Origin: Lama guanicoe | Taxonomy: Eukaryota | Assembly (NCBI GenBank): GCA_013239625.1 | Contig: MU055456.1 | Coordinates: forward strand, 1,052,403 to 1,116,402 | Direction: 5' to 3' | Length of the DNA stretch: 64,000 bases | Part shown: one piece after another, positions 1-11,706 of the stretch | Layout of the letters: every line of letters starts with the position of its first letter | Numbering within the stretch: position 1 is the first letter of the stretch | Position numbers and translations under genes: made by a program | Notes under the pieces: model-generated | What the model was told of the DNA's origin: nothing | Databases searched by the model: none | The model's input: the letters and a program-made list of their open reading frames with translations, nothing else

Positions 1-1634
1 TCTAATAGAATAGGAAGAGAGAATTTGTTCAAGGCTGGAAAAATATGTGTATTTGCAGTCGTTATTCATGGGGAGTCTGATGAGTGATTTTTAGCACTCA
101 GCTCAGCACCTGGTACGTGGCAGGAGCTCAAAACTACTTGTGGAATGAATGTACATTTGCCCTTTTTTTCCTGAAGTGAGAATGCATTATGTATCTGTAT
201 AATAATTCCAATTTTTTTCCAAAGGACATAAAGTTGCATGACATTCAGCATGATCACATCTATGTAAAACCAATGAAGAACAAACCAAATCATACACAGG
301 AAAAAGATGGGCAAGAAACAGTCCAAAACATTAACAGTGGTTGTCTTTGGGATAAGACTATAGGTGAATTTTTCCTTCCTTTTAAAGTTCTGTTTTTTTT
401 AAGCTCACATTTAACAGCAGAGGTTCGTACAATTCAGGCAGCTTATGTTCACTCTCCTTTCTCCCCGACAGGATCATTCAGGTAAAAGATGAGATTGCAT
501 GGCCCCTACCTACAAACTCTCCTCTAAGAAACTTCCCAACCACAGGTGCCCTGTGATCACCAGTGACCACACCTGGAACTCACCTGGGAAACAGATAGGG
601 GAATGTGGAGTTACAAATCCTACACCTGAGAGGTCCAGGTCATGAGGAACCCCCTCACCAAGAAATACAAAGGACCACCCCTGCATGACCCCTCCCCACA
701 CTGTAAAGCACCAGCTGTATTCTGACAGGAAGGAGATTGGGATTCCCCCACCATCTCTCTAAATGAGCCCAGATCCCTCACGCCAAGAGCAGACACAGGC
801 TTGTGACTGAAATGATCTTCTATACAGGGCCAGCGGCAAGCCTATTTTGAAAACACAGTAGGTGTAGCTTAAAAAAGGTTCTGATCCTTCCAAGTAGGGA
901 AGCTGCAGCTGGTGTTTTGACAGTGTTCAGACTGTGGGTGTGGAAGCGTTTTACAATGTCTATTTGTAAATGCCTTTCACTGTATTTATAGACGCTTACA
1001 ACAATGCTAATGAATTTCAGTTTTGAAAAATACCAGAATTTCTGAAATTCTCCAAAGCTCATGTTTGAAGTGGCTGACACCCAATGAAGCTGGAGCCCTC
1101 CATGGTCCCTGTTCTCCTCCACTTGGCCCAACACACGGGTACCGTTTTGGCAAAAAGGATGTTACTAAATTCAACCAAAGAGGAAAAAGCTCATCCTTTT
1201 GTAATTTACTAGCTTCTGCAAGGATTTTTTTTTTATGGTGCATATCTATGCCTGCAGCTGTTAAATAAAAGGAGAAAATAGAAGAAAGCAGCCATATCAC
1301 CATGTATCCAAAGATATCAGAACAAGGCTGCTCTTACTCATCTCTGATTTTTAAAGCAAAATAATGTTACTTTCTTGTGTTTCTTCAGCAGTTTTGGTTA
1401 TGGTCGCAAATGACTGGCATAGGCAACTAGCAACTAAGAGTCCCCTTGCTTTGCTGGCCAGGGAACTTAAGTCGCAGAGAATGGGTTGACCAGCCCAAGG
1501 ACGCCCAGCAGGTATAAGTGGAACGGACAGTCCCACAGAAAGAGCAGCAGCACCTGTGGTTTACTGACCACCTACCAAGAGCCAAGCCCCGTTTGTGCAT
1601 GATTCAGGTGCCCCAGAAGCCTCTTGAAGTACCT

Positions 1635-1992
1635 TCTCTGCGTGGTGGACATGGAGCCGCACCTCCCAGAGCCCCTTTCTGTGAAGGGCTGGTCACCCCT
1701 GCTACTGGGAGTGCTATCGGCCTCTCGGGGGACCACCTCAGCTGCAAGGAGCCCCTCAGCCTTTCCAGGGCAGCCCATACTCCACTGTATAAAAGTCTCA
1801 GCCATCTCAGTCTGATACAGGACAACTCGGAGGGGTCATTTTAGCCCCAGAGCTCCTGTGGGGTTGGCTGAGGCCTTAGTGAACTAGCATCACAACCTGA
1901 CCTCTCCCTCTGCCCAAGGCGGCTTCCTCCTCCCTCCCCACAGGCACGGATGCTGCCTCAAGACTGCGTCCTAGAGAAGCCTACCTGTGAGC
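1635..1992 (+). mobile_element. ERVL solo LTR fragment (LTR16-like)
   Basis: gacaactcggaggggtcatttt...ccagagctcctgtggggttggctgaggcctt...ctccctctgccc resembles the LTR16 family. Confidence 0.55.
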
Positions 1993-2004
1993 CCTTCTTT
2001 TTAC

Positions 2005-2140
2005 CCTACAGATCAGGAAACTCAGGCTTGACGAGATGAAGCTGCCTGCTGACAAAGGTCGCAATAGTAGTAGAGTGCTGGGGTCGGGATCTGAACCTAC
2101 TAACTTGGACTCCGGAGCTCCAGGTCTTGATCACTTCTCA
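2005..2140 (-). mobile_element. MIR fragment
   Basis: tacagatcaggaaactcaggc...gggatctgaacct...gactccggagc, MIR core in antisense. Confidence 0.6.
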
Positions 2141-3184
2141 AAGCTGCTTCACTCAGCCTTCTGGTCCTGGAGATGGTGAGTCACCAAGGATGCCAGGCAG
2201 CCTGTGTCACTGCAGCTCAATGCCAGCTGGGTAAATCCTGTTTGCTCCCCGAGTTAAAGAGTATTAATACTGAACAGAAATCACACACCCGACCCGCCCA
2301 GAGGGGCCTGCTCTTCCCACTCAGACCCGAGACACGAGATGCGGCGTGTGAACAGTTGGAAACGCGGAGGACACGCCATGTGCATCCCTTGAGAACATGA
2401 ACTCAGCCAGCGGCATGGCCCAATTTAGCCCAAGTTGGGACAGTTAAGCCAAGACATGTGGCCTGGAAAAGATGTTGAAGTGCACAGGAAGCTGAGGCAA
2501 GCAAACAAGTAAATAAGTACACGAGCAGCAGCACTAACGGCAGCAACTAAAAACTACCAAAAAGACCCCACGACCCTTCTGGAGGTGAGTGGGGATGAAG
2601 GGCAAAAACAGTCCACGGCTTCCTACCGAGCAAAAGACCCCCAAGCGCAGATGAAGATGGCTCTTTGTGGCAATCTCCCTGCCCTCCCTGACCTCAGAAG
2701 GATCACTTATCCTAATGTAAATATTTGGGTTTTAACTGCCTAAACATTGTCATAGGGGGCTAAAAAAAAAAGGCTGAGAAAGAAAGAAAAGGAGAAAGAA
2801 ATAGAAAAGCCCTGTCCCCTGTACTCTGGAAACCACTGAGGTGCCCCTCTTGTATCCTCAGTTTTTCTCCAGCTTTAATCCCACCTAGGAGTTGTCTACT
2901 AGTACAGATGGATGATGGCAGATGGCAGGTGTGAAGGTCCTAAAGGAACAACTAGAGTTACCCTCTGTTCTCTCTTGCTCCAACCCCGCAGCCTTGTTTT
3001 ATCAGCCCCTTCGAATGTAAAACCACTCAGTCCTCCCGCTCACCTCCCTCATCCCGGGCCAGTCGCGCTGAGGATGCGAGGCCAATGGAAGTGAGCGCTT
3101 CCTCCCTGCTTTCCTGGCTGTCCACTCATCATATCTCAGACTTGGGCTCTGACTATTAAAATTGGGTAGAGATTATGCAGCTCA

Positions 3185-3320
3185 AGCCCCCATTTTATTA
3201 CAGACAAGGGTCCTGTGCTCCAAGGCCAGAAGTTATGTGCCCAAGGTCACACAGCTAATTGGTGGTGGAGCCGAAACCAGACAGAGAAGCTTCCTGACAC
3301 CCAGTCCTGTCTCTGCCCAC
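3185..3320 (-). mobile_element. MIR fragment
   Basis: cccattttattacaga...gcccaaggtcacacagctaattggtggtggagcc. Confidence 0.65.
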
Positions 3321-5166
3321 CACACTTGGGGTGGTAATAATCAAAATGCACATTTGATGCTTCTGGAGATCTTTCTCAAATAAGCGATGATAAGAGGGCT
3401 CCGCCCACGGGTGGAGGTAGCAAGAGACAAGTCAGTCTTTCAGAAGCCATCTGCACTGGGCCATTACTGCCCCGGGGAGGTTGAATCCTTCCTTCAGGAA
3501 AGGATAAAATGTAGCAGCAGAGAACTCCTCCCTCCCCTCTCCCAGGAATTCAGATCCCAAGTCCCTGCTGATCCTGTGGAGTCCCTACATGCCCACCTTG
3601 TGGCCTAAAACGTCCCAGGAATCCCAGGTATCTTTTGACTGCAAACTTCCTATCTCAATGTGGGGTAGCCCAAGTGAGGCCAGGGGCTCAAGAAGCGGGA
3701 ACCAGAGTGGTTTTCCTGGCAGCTCTCCCCTTGCACTGCGTCCTTGTTCAGATGAGCACAAATAGGCCTGGCTATTTATAGTTGGTGAAGACACACTGGA
3801 AGGTGATGGGACACTGCCCACTCAATTCCCCTCCAAATTTCTGTTCTTTGTGCAGACTGTGTGAGTGTGTATGGAAACAGGCCTCTGTCCAGAGCCCAGC
3901 CAGGGCATGATAAGCCCCACAACCCTGAAGGCAAAGGGATGACATTACCCGCAGCCCTCATCTGCAAACCCACAGCTGGGCATCATGGAGGGGCAGGGAA
4001 GGGGCTTTTCAGATGCCTGGATGGGGGAGTCTCACTATCATGCAACTAAGTTGGTGGAGCGTCACCAGGAGGAAGAGTGTCCAAAGCAATAGCCCGTGGG
4101 AAAAGCTTTATACAAACCAATTAGTACCCGGCATGCATGAGGTGTTAGTATCTCCTCATGATCCCTTGCCTGCCCTTGGCCATCACCAGCAAGAAAATCA
4201 ATGTGGCTCAGCCTGGGCTGAGGCTAAACCCATCACTACTGTTGGATCTCACTGCAGGGAATACAATTCATTCTAGATGTGGGTGGAAAGAAATCTCGGA
4301 GAGGTTATACATACAAATGAAGTAAGGCCAGCAAATAATGCAGACGTTTCTACAATGTAACAAGGTATTTTCCCCCATGCCCTGTGGGATTCCTTTGCTC
4401 CATAAATTACCTGCCCTCCCTCAGTCCCCAGCCCTCCCTGAGCACTGGCTTCCCCTGACGCCCTCGCGGCTTCCTCTTTCAGTCCCTAGAGTCTTCTGGA
4501 TGTGCGGTCTGAGGGCGTCCGGGTTTCCTCGCTCCCTCGGGACTACCAAGCATAACCTGCTTGTCACCACGTGGAAACTCCTCTCCCTCCAAGGTCACCC
4601 ACTGAGCTCTCTCTAGGGAGGAAGAAAGATTTGCCGGGGGCCTCACAAGTGCCAGGCGAGGAGCTAGGTGTCCTAGGTGTGGCGGCGGAAACTGAGTGTC
4701 AGGGAGGTGCGTACCTTGCCCAAAGCCACGGGATAAGGAAGAGGAGGAGTGGGGCTTGGACCCTGGTGTGTCTGGCTCCAAAGCCCAGGAGGCAGTGGGT
4801 GGGCAGGAACCACGTCTGGCCTGGTTAGCATAGTTAACTACCACCTAGAAAAGGGCCTGGCCAAATGGAGGCACTTGATGAATTTCTGAAATGAATGAAT
4901 GACACCACATAGACGCACACACACTCACTCCTCTCTTATCACTGAATCCATCCATATCTAGCACCCATTTTCCATCTTTGTCTCACAGCCGAGTTCCTCA
5001 CAAGTCTACACATACTTGGTTGCCTGCTTGGTTTTCCTTCGGCACAATCCCAAGTCTGTCCCTTGCCCCCAACCACTGAACAGCAATGGCTTGACTGGGA
5101 TTACCAAGAGCCAACTCGTGACCAAAGCCTATGGGTGCCTTTCCGCCACCCCAGCTGGCACTTTGG

Positions 5167-5345
5167 TGGCAGTTCTCACAGTGCAGTCGGCTAACCAGCA
5201 GGAGCAGCTGCCTTGGGAGTCTGCTAGAAATGCAAATTCTCAGGCTTTAACCCTGACCTCCTGAATTAGAAACTTGGGGAGCAGCATCTGGGTTTTAACA
5301 AGCTGGCAGGTGATGGCAATGCACACTCAAGTGCGAGACCCCCTG
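5167..5345 (+). mobile_element. MER5A-like DNA transposon
   Basis: tgggagtctgctagaaatgcaaattctcaggc...tgaattagaaact...ttttaacaagc...tgcacactcaagtg. Confidence 0.7.
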
Positions 5346-8300
5346 GTCAGTAAGGGCTCTACACCTGGCTTCCTCCAGCCCACCCACCCTTGCCGATGGC
5401 TCCCCGTCCTTCCTGCCCTCTGTAAATAACAATTTTCCCCACTGTCATCTTCACTCTCTCCTCTACTTCTCCATAATCCCCTGGAGTGATGATAGCCATC
5501 CCATGCTTGTAACTACCATCTATGAGCCAGCGACGCCCACCTCTGTAATTTCTAGCCAAGCTCTCCCTCCTGAATTCTCCAAAGACATGTCTTGGTCCTG
5601 ACTTGTAGAAAAGAAGGCAAACACTCAAACACCACACACGGCCTCCCTAGGAACCTTTGAAAAGACATTTAGAATACTTGAGCAATCCAAACTCAGAATG
5701 ATGGCCTGACCACCCAGGTGCACGTTTCATCTGCCTGCTTAGGGCAACATTTGCTTGCACTCTAGCTGTCTTCTGTTCTCTCTCTCTCTCTCTTTTTTTA
5801 ATTTGATTGATTAGTTTCTAGCTAATAAGAGTAAAGATCTCTGTTAATGCTTTCTTTTGCTGTGCATGGGGACCACACACCTCACAGAGCCACCAGGGCC
5901 CTAGAAGCTTATTTTCTGCTAATTTGTATCCTAAGGGGCTTGAAGCAGCTGGGATGCCTGTGTAAATCTAAAGAAAAATTAACTTCCGTGTGGGTAAGTT
6001 GGTCTCCAGAGAGACGTTTGCTCTCCCCTAAGCACTTAGTTGATATTTGGCATCTAAATGTTTACTTAATCTTTGCCTCAAGCTAAAATGTCTCAGAGCT
6101 CAACAGTCACCCATCTCCCAGTGCTTCTCAGATACCCAGGGCTCCCTCTTCATTACAAGGAAGACATCTGCAGCTCCACTGCCCCCTCATCCATGTTCTA
6201 GTTCTCTCAGGATAGCCTTCAGCCTTTCACAGGAAAGGTAGCTGGTGTGTTGAAGATTTAAAGCAATAGGCCATCTCCAAGTGGCACAGGTCTGGGAAGT
6301 CACTAGGCCTCATGTCCACAGCCTGGTGTCCAAGACCCAAATGCCCATCTTCTCACTGAGATGCCTCCTCTGACACAGGCTTCCACATCTGAAGTCAGCG
6401 GACAGTGTCCTCTGGCATGTTCGAGTCGCAGCAACCGACTCCTCCCATTGGGAACCTCTTGACTGAATGCCTCCTGACTATTGAACCTTGCTTATCACTG
6501 ACTGTCATCAACTCCCAGAACACACCGAGATCCACCTGGGTGGATATGGGCTCTAGAACATCAGCCTCACATCACTTCAGCCCTTGCCATCTTCCTGAGA
6601 TTATGACAGCCACGTGGGTGATCCATCCCCAGTGTCAGCCCCTCCTGTCCCCGGTCCCTTCAGCTGTCATGACCTTCATCCATCCTCAGTCACCCACATT
6701 CAGGGCCCCTCCCTCTGTGGATACATGCATCTTCAGACCTATTCTGCATCTGAAATTGTGGGCACCATCCTTCCCCTTCTGACCAGTATCTCCCATATTT
6801 CTGGCCATTGACTTCTCCCACTTCCTGCTCCCACTCCAGCCTTGCTCTCTTCACCTCCTCTTTCTTCTTTTAGCTTCACTTCCTTCTCCTCCATCTCATA
6901 CCCTCTATCACTCAACTCCCTACCACCCCCCACCACCAGCCCCACCCATCCCCACCCTGCCAGTCACCTGCCCCTCCACTCAGAGAGCACTGGCCGCTCT
7001 GTGCTATGGCTGACCATGGGCACAGCTCCCTCGCAACTGGGACCAGAGGTCCTGCTCCCAGCTTGCCTGCTCTTTGTGAATAACACAAAAAATTATTACA
7101 ACTTGGGGTGTCTGGGTTTGGGAGAATTAACAAACCTTTTCTGGTCTAACCAGCCTGCTTCTACCTCTTTCCCTGTTGGGTTTATTTTCTTTTGAAGGCA
7201 CACACCTGTTCTGCCCCTCAGGTTTCTGGCTCGATGCCTCCCACGGCAGGCAAATCGCTAGAGCTCAGGACAACCTCCTTCTCTTCAGCTTTTCCTTGGA
7301 TTTTTCTGTTATGATCAAATATCAAAACAAATGAGTAAGCTCTATACTTTTGAAACTCCACCTTCTCAAGTGTGAAGACAGGGGCAGACAGAATGCTCTT
7401 GGTACCACAACTACCTTAGTTATGTCATGGGCTGGATGAGATGGGCCGACCCTGTCTTCATACTGTGAGATGGTAACTGACGCAGCCTCAAGGCATGGAA
7501 TTTCAAACAGAAGAGGCACTTACGACCCAGGGGAATCTCCTATCATCATTCAGTTTTTCAACTGACTCTGTATTAATTTTTTTAAAGTCTTTTTTTCCTG
7601 TCAAAATTCTACCTCTACTTACTGTCTGGAAGTAAGTGTGTTAATGAAAGCTGCTTGCTGAGATGGACACAAAATCACACTGGTGGTCTAGTGCCCGTAG
7701 ACATGAGCGCAATTCCTGAAGACTGTGATCTGTAGTGACTGAGCCCCACCGTTACTAAGATCCAGAACAGTGCCTGGTACACAGTACTCCCTCAATCCAT
7801 TTTTGTTAAATAAACTCATCTAAAAATGACTCCTCTCTTCCTAAACTTCTGTATCCCTTTTTCTAAAAGATGCTAGCTCCTGTTTAAATAGAAAGAAATG
7901 GATCTCTTCTGGAAGCCACATTTGGCAGCGAGCTTTCTGGCTGGCGAGAGGAAGCTTGAGCCCAGACACTGCAGCTGGAGCGGCAATGCCTTGTTCCCAA
8001 CAAGAATAGCAAACAGTGACTGTGTGTCCATGTGTTCGACCATCCGTCCATCTACCCATCCGGTCAGGTAAATCCTGGTGACGATTTGGGTTGGCACAGC
8101 AGACAATACCCCTTCTCCAGGGCACCAGTGACACAAAACTGTGTGACCGACGTTAACATTCCTACCTCAACTAATTTGACAGAATGAAACAAGTTCATAA
8201 ACCAATATATGGGTTGGTTGTTCAACATAACTGCTTAGCAAAAATTATGAAGGGCACGAGATACTAAGAAACAGTAAGTCTTTCTTTGATCTTAAGTTGT

Positions 8301-8774
8301 TTCATGTTGAAATCTATGGCACACTAGGTGACTTAGAACATAAGACACACACGCTACAGAGCTTGTACAGGGGCTGGGAAGGATGACAGGAGAGCAAAAG
8401 TGAACAAAATGTAAGCCCTGACAACTCCCCGCCTTTGAGGAACCATGGCATTCAACAAGTGTATTAAATGAGCCACTACCATATGCTCAACCCCATAAAG
8501 CATGTGGAGATGACAAAACACACTCCTGATCTGCTTTAAATCTGGTAAAGGAGTCCGGGGGTGTGAGCATCCCAAGTGGCAAAGCCTGGGGCCCTGCACC
8601 AGGCTAAACATGGGGTGTCAGGCATTCGGAGGAGAGAGCAATCGTGAGTGGTAAGAAAAGGCTTCTGGAAGAGGGGCATGCTAACTGGGCTCTGAAGTCG
8701 GGGAGCATGAACAGGTGCACAAGAGGCAGCCAGGGAAGGAGGGAGGCACTATTGCAAACCTAGGAGAATCTAGA

Positions 8775-8949
8775 CCCGGGGTTCCCACGACATGGATGGA
8801 GGCCAGCCGTTGCGCCATCACCTGAAAGCTTATTAGAGATGTAAATCCTAGAGCAACTGAATCAGCAGCCCTGGGGGCGGGGCCCAGCAAGGTGCACGAA
8901 CAAATTCTCCGGGTGACTCTGATGCACGCGCAGGTTGGAGAACCACTGA
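8775..8949 (+). mobile_element. MER5A-like DNA transposon
   Basis: catcacctgaaagcttattagagatgtaaat...actgaatcag...ggggcccagcaa...gagaaccactg. Confidence 0.7.
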
Positions 8950-9612
8950 GTTGGAGCGAGCACTGTCCTCCTTTCACCTGGCTGAGCAAATGGCCAGAGA
9001 AGGTCGCTGCTTCCCAAGCGCTCCCAGCCTTGCCCAGGTCTGCCACTTTGTAGGATCGTCAGGAAGGAAGCGTGGGGCTTTCCTCTGCTCTCTCCTTTCT
9101 GTAAACCAGTGCCTTGGGGGTGGGGCAGCCGCAGGCAGAGTGGGAGGTCGAGGGCCTCTCCCAGGCTGCTCAGATGTCACACACAATGTGAAGAATAGCT
9201 ACGCTTCCCACTGGCTTCTGTATGAACATTTCCTGTGCATCTTTCTCGGTGGCTCGGACTTCTAATCGACAACTGGATGTTGGGTGAGCCGGAGGCAGGG
9301 AAGAGCTAGGCAGAGGCGGGAGGTAAACGGGGCCTCTGTGAACTCAGAGGGTCGGCCGTTACCATTCGCTCCCTGCGTCCGTGCAGGGTTAATCGATGGC
9401 TCGCAAAGCCTGCACCTATCTCATAACGAGACAGTTGAGAGTAACCTTCGAAGGTGAAGAAGCCATTGGAATTGCACTTCTCTTCAGATCAGATCATTAG
9501 AGAGAGCAGCAGGAATATTCTGGAAATTGTTGTTGACTTCACCGACGTGACTGCGGCCCCCTGAAGACTATAAGCATTTGGCTGAGCGTGGCTTCAGTGC
9601 TCCTTTCACCCG

Positions 9613-9640
9613 CCACCAGGTGACGCGCGCCCTCTGCTGC
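9613..9640. promoter_or_regulatory. Pair of abutting, convergent CTCF-like motifs inside a CpG-rich patch
   Basis: CCACCAGGTGACGC (+, 9613-9626) and GCAGCAGAGGGCGC (-, 9627-9640), each about one mismatch from the CTCF core CC(A/G)(C/G)(C/T)AG(A/G)(G/T)GGC(G/A)(C/G). Confidence 0.45.
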
Positions 9641-10134
9641 TCCGTTCTCCCTGCGTGCAGAGCTCGTATTTTCTTCTGAAGCACCTAGGTTGGTATAACC
9701 TTTTCCTTCTAGAGAGCTTCTGGGCCAACTATGCTACTGGGGTGGCCCCTGCTAATGTCACTTGGGCTATCAAGTGGCCCCATCGTGCACATGCCAGTCA
9801 GCAGCAGAAGCCACAACCTGTAGGGGCCCAACCAACTCAACAGTGGCCTTGGTCCCATCAGTGTCCCTGGGGGCTGTCATTAGATTGGACCTGGGGAGAT
9901 ATCTGCAGAACGACCCAGGTAAGCCAGCCGCTCCTCCAGTGGGCTCCCACACATCTGAGATGACGGCGGCTGTGTGCTCGGCTGGGCAGTCGGCCTTCCG
10001 CACGCAGGCTCATGTGCGTCCAGCACGGCTGGCTGAGATTCGAACATCTCACAACCACTCACACGACTGCCTGCTGCTAGATTTGGGTAGGGGGGTGTTG
10101 TTGGAGTAGTAGTTAGTATTAAGAGGAAAAGAAT

Positions 10135-10472
10135 CATGCTCTGACATGGACGAACCTTGGGGACATCAGGCTAAGTGAAATAAGCCAGTCACAAATAGTA
10201 TATGACTGCACTGACATGAGGCATGGAGAGCAGTCAACTTCCTAGAGACAGAAAGCAGAAGGGTGGTTGCCAGGGGCTGAGAGAAGGGGGAAGAGGGAGT
10301 TACTGCTTAAGCGATGCAGAGTTCTTGTTTTGCCAAATGAAGAGTTCTGTGGATGGACGGCGGTGATAGGGGCACAACAGTGTGAACGTATTTCAAGTCA
10401 CTGAACTGTAAACTTACGAATGGTTATGATGATAAATTTTACCCTGTACTTTACCACGACTGAAATTTTTTT
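10135..10472 (+). mobile_element. LINE-1 3' end (L1MB-like)
   Basis: Diagnostic motifs gctaagtgaaataagccagtcacaaa, agagacagaaag...gtggttgccagggg, cactgaactgta.actta. Confidence 0.8.
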
Positions 10473-11546
10473 TCTGAGAAGTAAATGAGCTATTTTTGTT
10501 TTACTCCAGTATACCCAGTTTGATTCACAATAATACAAATGACAATAAAAGTAAAGTTGATTTGCAAGTATGGGGCTACCTACTTGGGAATTATATCCTT
10601 CCCATCCTTTCAGACACATTCCATGATCATCCTCAGCCTACAGATGGGGGAGGTGAGGTCAGGTGGCAGGACGGCTGAGACTCTCCCTCCTCCTATGAGG
10701 TGGGGTGAGACGGGAGCCCGGAAGCCTGCCTGACTCCAACAATGAGGGCATTGAAGCCCCAAGAAATTCTCACCATGCAGACTTAGCTCAAGAGAACAAA
10801 AATCCGGTGAGTGTGTGTTGACAGGTCCATGTAAAGACCTCTAGACCATCACCTTGCTCTGGTATATATTACATCAACTCATATAATATACATGTAATGT
10901 AGAAAGTTCTAGCAATGGACTTGTCGAGAGAAGGCAACACTTTGTGATATGCATCTCAGTTCTGGAAGGCACAATGTCTGAGTCCATTACTAATGCATGT
11001 GTCCAGCAACCTAGTGAAAGAATTTGAGTTTTTGTCAGGCCCATCTCGGCACTCGTGCCTGTACAAAGCATGCCCCTGGCTGTTGAGGGTCTCATAGTTC
11101 AGAGCCATGATAAGATGATATTTGCCAGATGGGCTCTGGATTTCACACAGGGCTGTGCAGGCAGGGCCAGGGGAGCCTGGGAGTATGGAGGGAGGCACCC
11201 TACAGTAGGGAGAGGGTCAGGGGACAGAGCTGCCAGTGAGACGCACAAACCCGAGACCAGCAGGACATCCAGGGATGCAGGCGGGCATGCCCTCTGCACT
11301 TCCAGTCTGAATGGCAGCTGGCCTTGCTCTAAGGAAACACGGGGGAAATCCGCATGGGTGAGAAGGGCCTAGGTGCTGGGACCTGGCTTCTCATCTGCTA
11401 ATCCTGAAACCCACGCTGCACCTCCCAGCCTCGCGCCCACTTTTGCCTGAGCACAGGAACAAGGCCCCAGGTGGCTGGAGTCCTGTGTCCCACCGCTGCC
11501 CTGCCTCACCCCACCCCTGCCCTCAGCATCAAGAGCGGAGCAGTAC

Positions 11547-11706
11547 CTGGTGTGGGTCAGGGGACCCACTGGTCGTTCTGGCCGCCTTGGGGGCAGCGCC
11601 CCTGGTCTGCTGAGAGAGTTGGTCTTGGGTGGCCGCGGCTTTTTGGGCGGGATGGCAGGAACAGAAGGCTTCTGCAAATCCAGTTTTGGCTCTCTCTCTG
11701 GTCTTT
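11547..11706 (-). CDS. SH3KBP1: SH3KBP1 coding exon (~exon 12, 160 nt), proline-rich PxxP region
   Basis: gacttaaag|AAAGACCAG...CACACCAG|gtactg; encodes (E)[52 protein letters not shown](R); overlaps ORF-track entry 11369..11677. Confidence 0.96.

Noticed and set aside
7518-7545. 15-nt tag|...|gtaagt microexon candidate on the minus strand
   Set aside because: Upstream sequence is purine-rich with no pyrimidine tract, and the exonic donor bases (GTC) are poor.
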